Origin: Azolla caroliniana
Taxonomy: Eukaryota; Plantae; Polypodiophyta
DNA: 64,000 nucleotides
Assembly: GCA_043228905.1 (NCBI GenBank)
Contig: JBHGNT010000015.1
Location: 5,270,001-5,334,000, forward strand
Direction: 5' to 3'
In this document: positions 61,796 to 64,000 of the stretch, in pieces
Numbering within the stretch: position 1 is the first letter of the stretch
Layout of the letters: every line of letters begins with the position of its first letter
Notes under the pieces: generated by a model
The model's input: only the letters and a program-made list of their open reading frames with translations
Databases searched by the model: none
Told to the model about the DNA's origin: nothing
Translations under genes and position numbers: made by a program

Positions 61796-64000
61796 TAATG
61801 CCTAGAAAGTGAAATTTTAATTTTGCTTGTTCAAAATCATTCTTTTAAAGAACGCCTTAATTTAAAAAACAAGTTCTTTTGGGGAAGATAAATTGAATTT
61901 AAGGATTTTTTTATCTATTGATTTGAACGAGAGCAGAACTAGAGACATTGTTTCTTTTGTATCACCAACGAGATCTACATTAGCTACTAGGCTCTTGAGT
62001 TTGACTAGAGTGAGTATCATATCATTCTCCTATCTAGCTTTCTTTTGTTTATTTCACTTGTAGATGGTGTATATGTAGAGATATGAACACTTAAGTTCAG
62101 TTCATTCCATTTCATGACAGTCACTAATCAATTCCACATACTGAACATGTTTCACTTTGGGTCCTTGTAGGTCATATTTTGTCCTCTAAGAGCAATAATA
62201 AAATATGTTTTCTGTGTCCATTGCATATGACACTATTCTTTTATTGGCAATGTTGGTGGTGGCTCAAAGCTATATAAAAGTATGGTTTGTTCCTTTTTTG
62301 CATTGCAGAGCTCAATGAATTCACAAAGCCAGAAATTGTTGATAGACAACCCAGATAAGGCCGAGAAAAAATTGATAGGCCTAAACAACCATTATTGGAA
62401 TAATAGCTTTTCAATCATTCTGATTTTGAGTAAGAACATGCAACAACCTTCTTACTGTTTTGGGGGTTATTTCCCCCTCACATTTAATTTTGTGTACCAC
62501 ATTAAATGATGACTTGATTTTGGCGCTTCTTCCTCATCGTGTCTCCTCTTCCTTTATCCAACTGAGCTTGTCTCAAACTCGAAAACTCTGCATCTCAGGT
62601 ATTCACTGCATGCCTATGTCCCCATCATTTTGATAACTTTGCTTCAATCATCTTCCCAATCTATTTTGAAGCACTGGTTTCCCCATCCTCTCCTTCCCTC
62701 AGTATGTCTCTTCACTTTCTGTACAATGGCCTCAGTGTTGATTAGAGCTATGGTTTATGGCATAGGTTATATCACAACACTTATTTAGGCTTTAGTATTT
62801 AGAGTTTATCCGAAAACTCATCTATGTTTTTGCTATGGTTTATTAAGTATGTTTATGCAGTATGATGTATTAAGCACTTGTTTTGATTACTTAGGTGTTG
62901 AAATAACAAAAAATTAGGTGCACTTGACAAAATCTAGAAATAAAAAGTTCCATATGTATAACCTAATGTTTTTGGTGTGAATAAATAAATTTACAACATG
63001 TGTTTTCTTTGTCTGATAGATTTCTTTTCACCATGTTATTGCTTTCATATTTTTCACTAAAGTTCATGAGCTTGTTGAAATCTTGCCTCCCGAAACATCA
63101 TTCCCATATAACAAATATCATATTACTAATTAGTATTGTTCTAATCCCTCATCATATTCCCAATTTCAAATTCAAAATCTTACTACTGAGTTATGTCTTT
63201 CCCTTATATATGCAAAGTTGTGAATCACTTTGATTGTTTAAACTGGTTGTTTTGATTCATAGATTTTGTTCCATATTGTGGGATCATGTTCAATATGTAT
63301 GCTTATCCAAAAAATTGATTGTTTAGGGTTTAGCGGAGCTACTCTTCATGCCATTTATGTGATTTGTTCATGGACTTTTTAACCATAATGCCACTCGCTT
63401 CTTTAGCTCCTCCTATCTCCAATGTGAAGCTTCGACAAACATGCAACGCTTGTTCGGCCATAGAAGGTAAACATGAACCCTTATTGCATGTTCATTTTCC
63501 TTCATCCATTTCATCATAGTCTAACTTAAATGATGGTTGTCTTGCTTAAAAAATCATTGTTTTGGTAAAGGAATATATGAGTGTCAATGGTAGTCGCCAA
63601 TGAGAGTGAGTTGTCATGTAGCACATCTATGTTTGAAAGGAGCAAGAGATGGGTGGTTCTTCACATAGTCTGTTATCTACTAGAAATAATTAAGAGATTT
63701 AGGTTGGAGGATCATAGGGATATTATCTCTAGAGTAACAAATATTAATGTTTGAATGAAGACAGGGAGAATATTACGTTTAGTGACCAATGTGTTTCAGA
63801 GGAGATTGTAGAGTCTATGAAGTTATCCCTAGACTTAGTGAAAGGGGTAGAGAGCAGAGATAAGCTTGGTGCAAAGAGAGCAACCCTTCACTCTCATGGT
63901 TGTAAACGGGGCAAGAAAAATAAAATATAGTGATACTAAAGTTGCCTTAGCCCTTGGTATTCAAAGAAGGAACTTGAGGAACCATCGCACAAATATACAA

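Noticed and set aside
62000-64000. Host gene in the terminal AT-rich region
   Set aside because: Only short ORFs and no recognisable motif; cannot be supported without a search

Overview
Plant (probably bryophyte, Physcomitrium-like; this is inference) heterochromatic sequence made almost entirely of nested transposable elements. No intact host gene was recognised. From left to right: a hAT-type MITE with an 8-bp TSD; a 5'-truncated L1 LINE; a young chromodomain Ty3/Gypsy (A, 3400-10417); a Ty1/Copia (A) whose 3' LTR microsatellite holds an L1 and an RTE/RTEX-like LINE; a Gypsy (B) with a long extra ORF, which itself carries a solo LTR and a 147-bp fold-back LTR-end insert; and a ~26-kb nest inside a second MITE copy (Copia B containing Gypsy C, which contains gag-only element D and Copia E, plus Gypsy F). 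Three observations stand out. (1) Element D is a gag-only LTR element with apparently identical LTRs, a tRNA-Trp PBS, a 4-bp TSD and a tRNA-like Pol III A/B-box cassette in each LTR. (2) Gypsy C and F share a -1 frameshift signal with a covarying pseudoknot, located after the protease. (3) An inverted U3-U3 mini-element has its own TSD. All coordinates and alignments were made by eye and may be off by a few bases.
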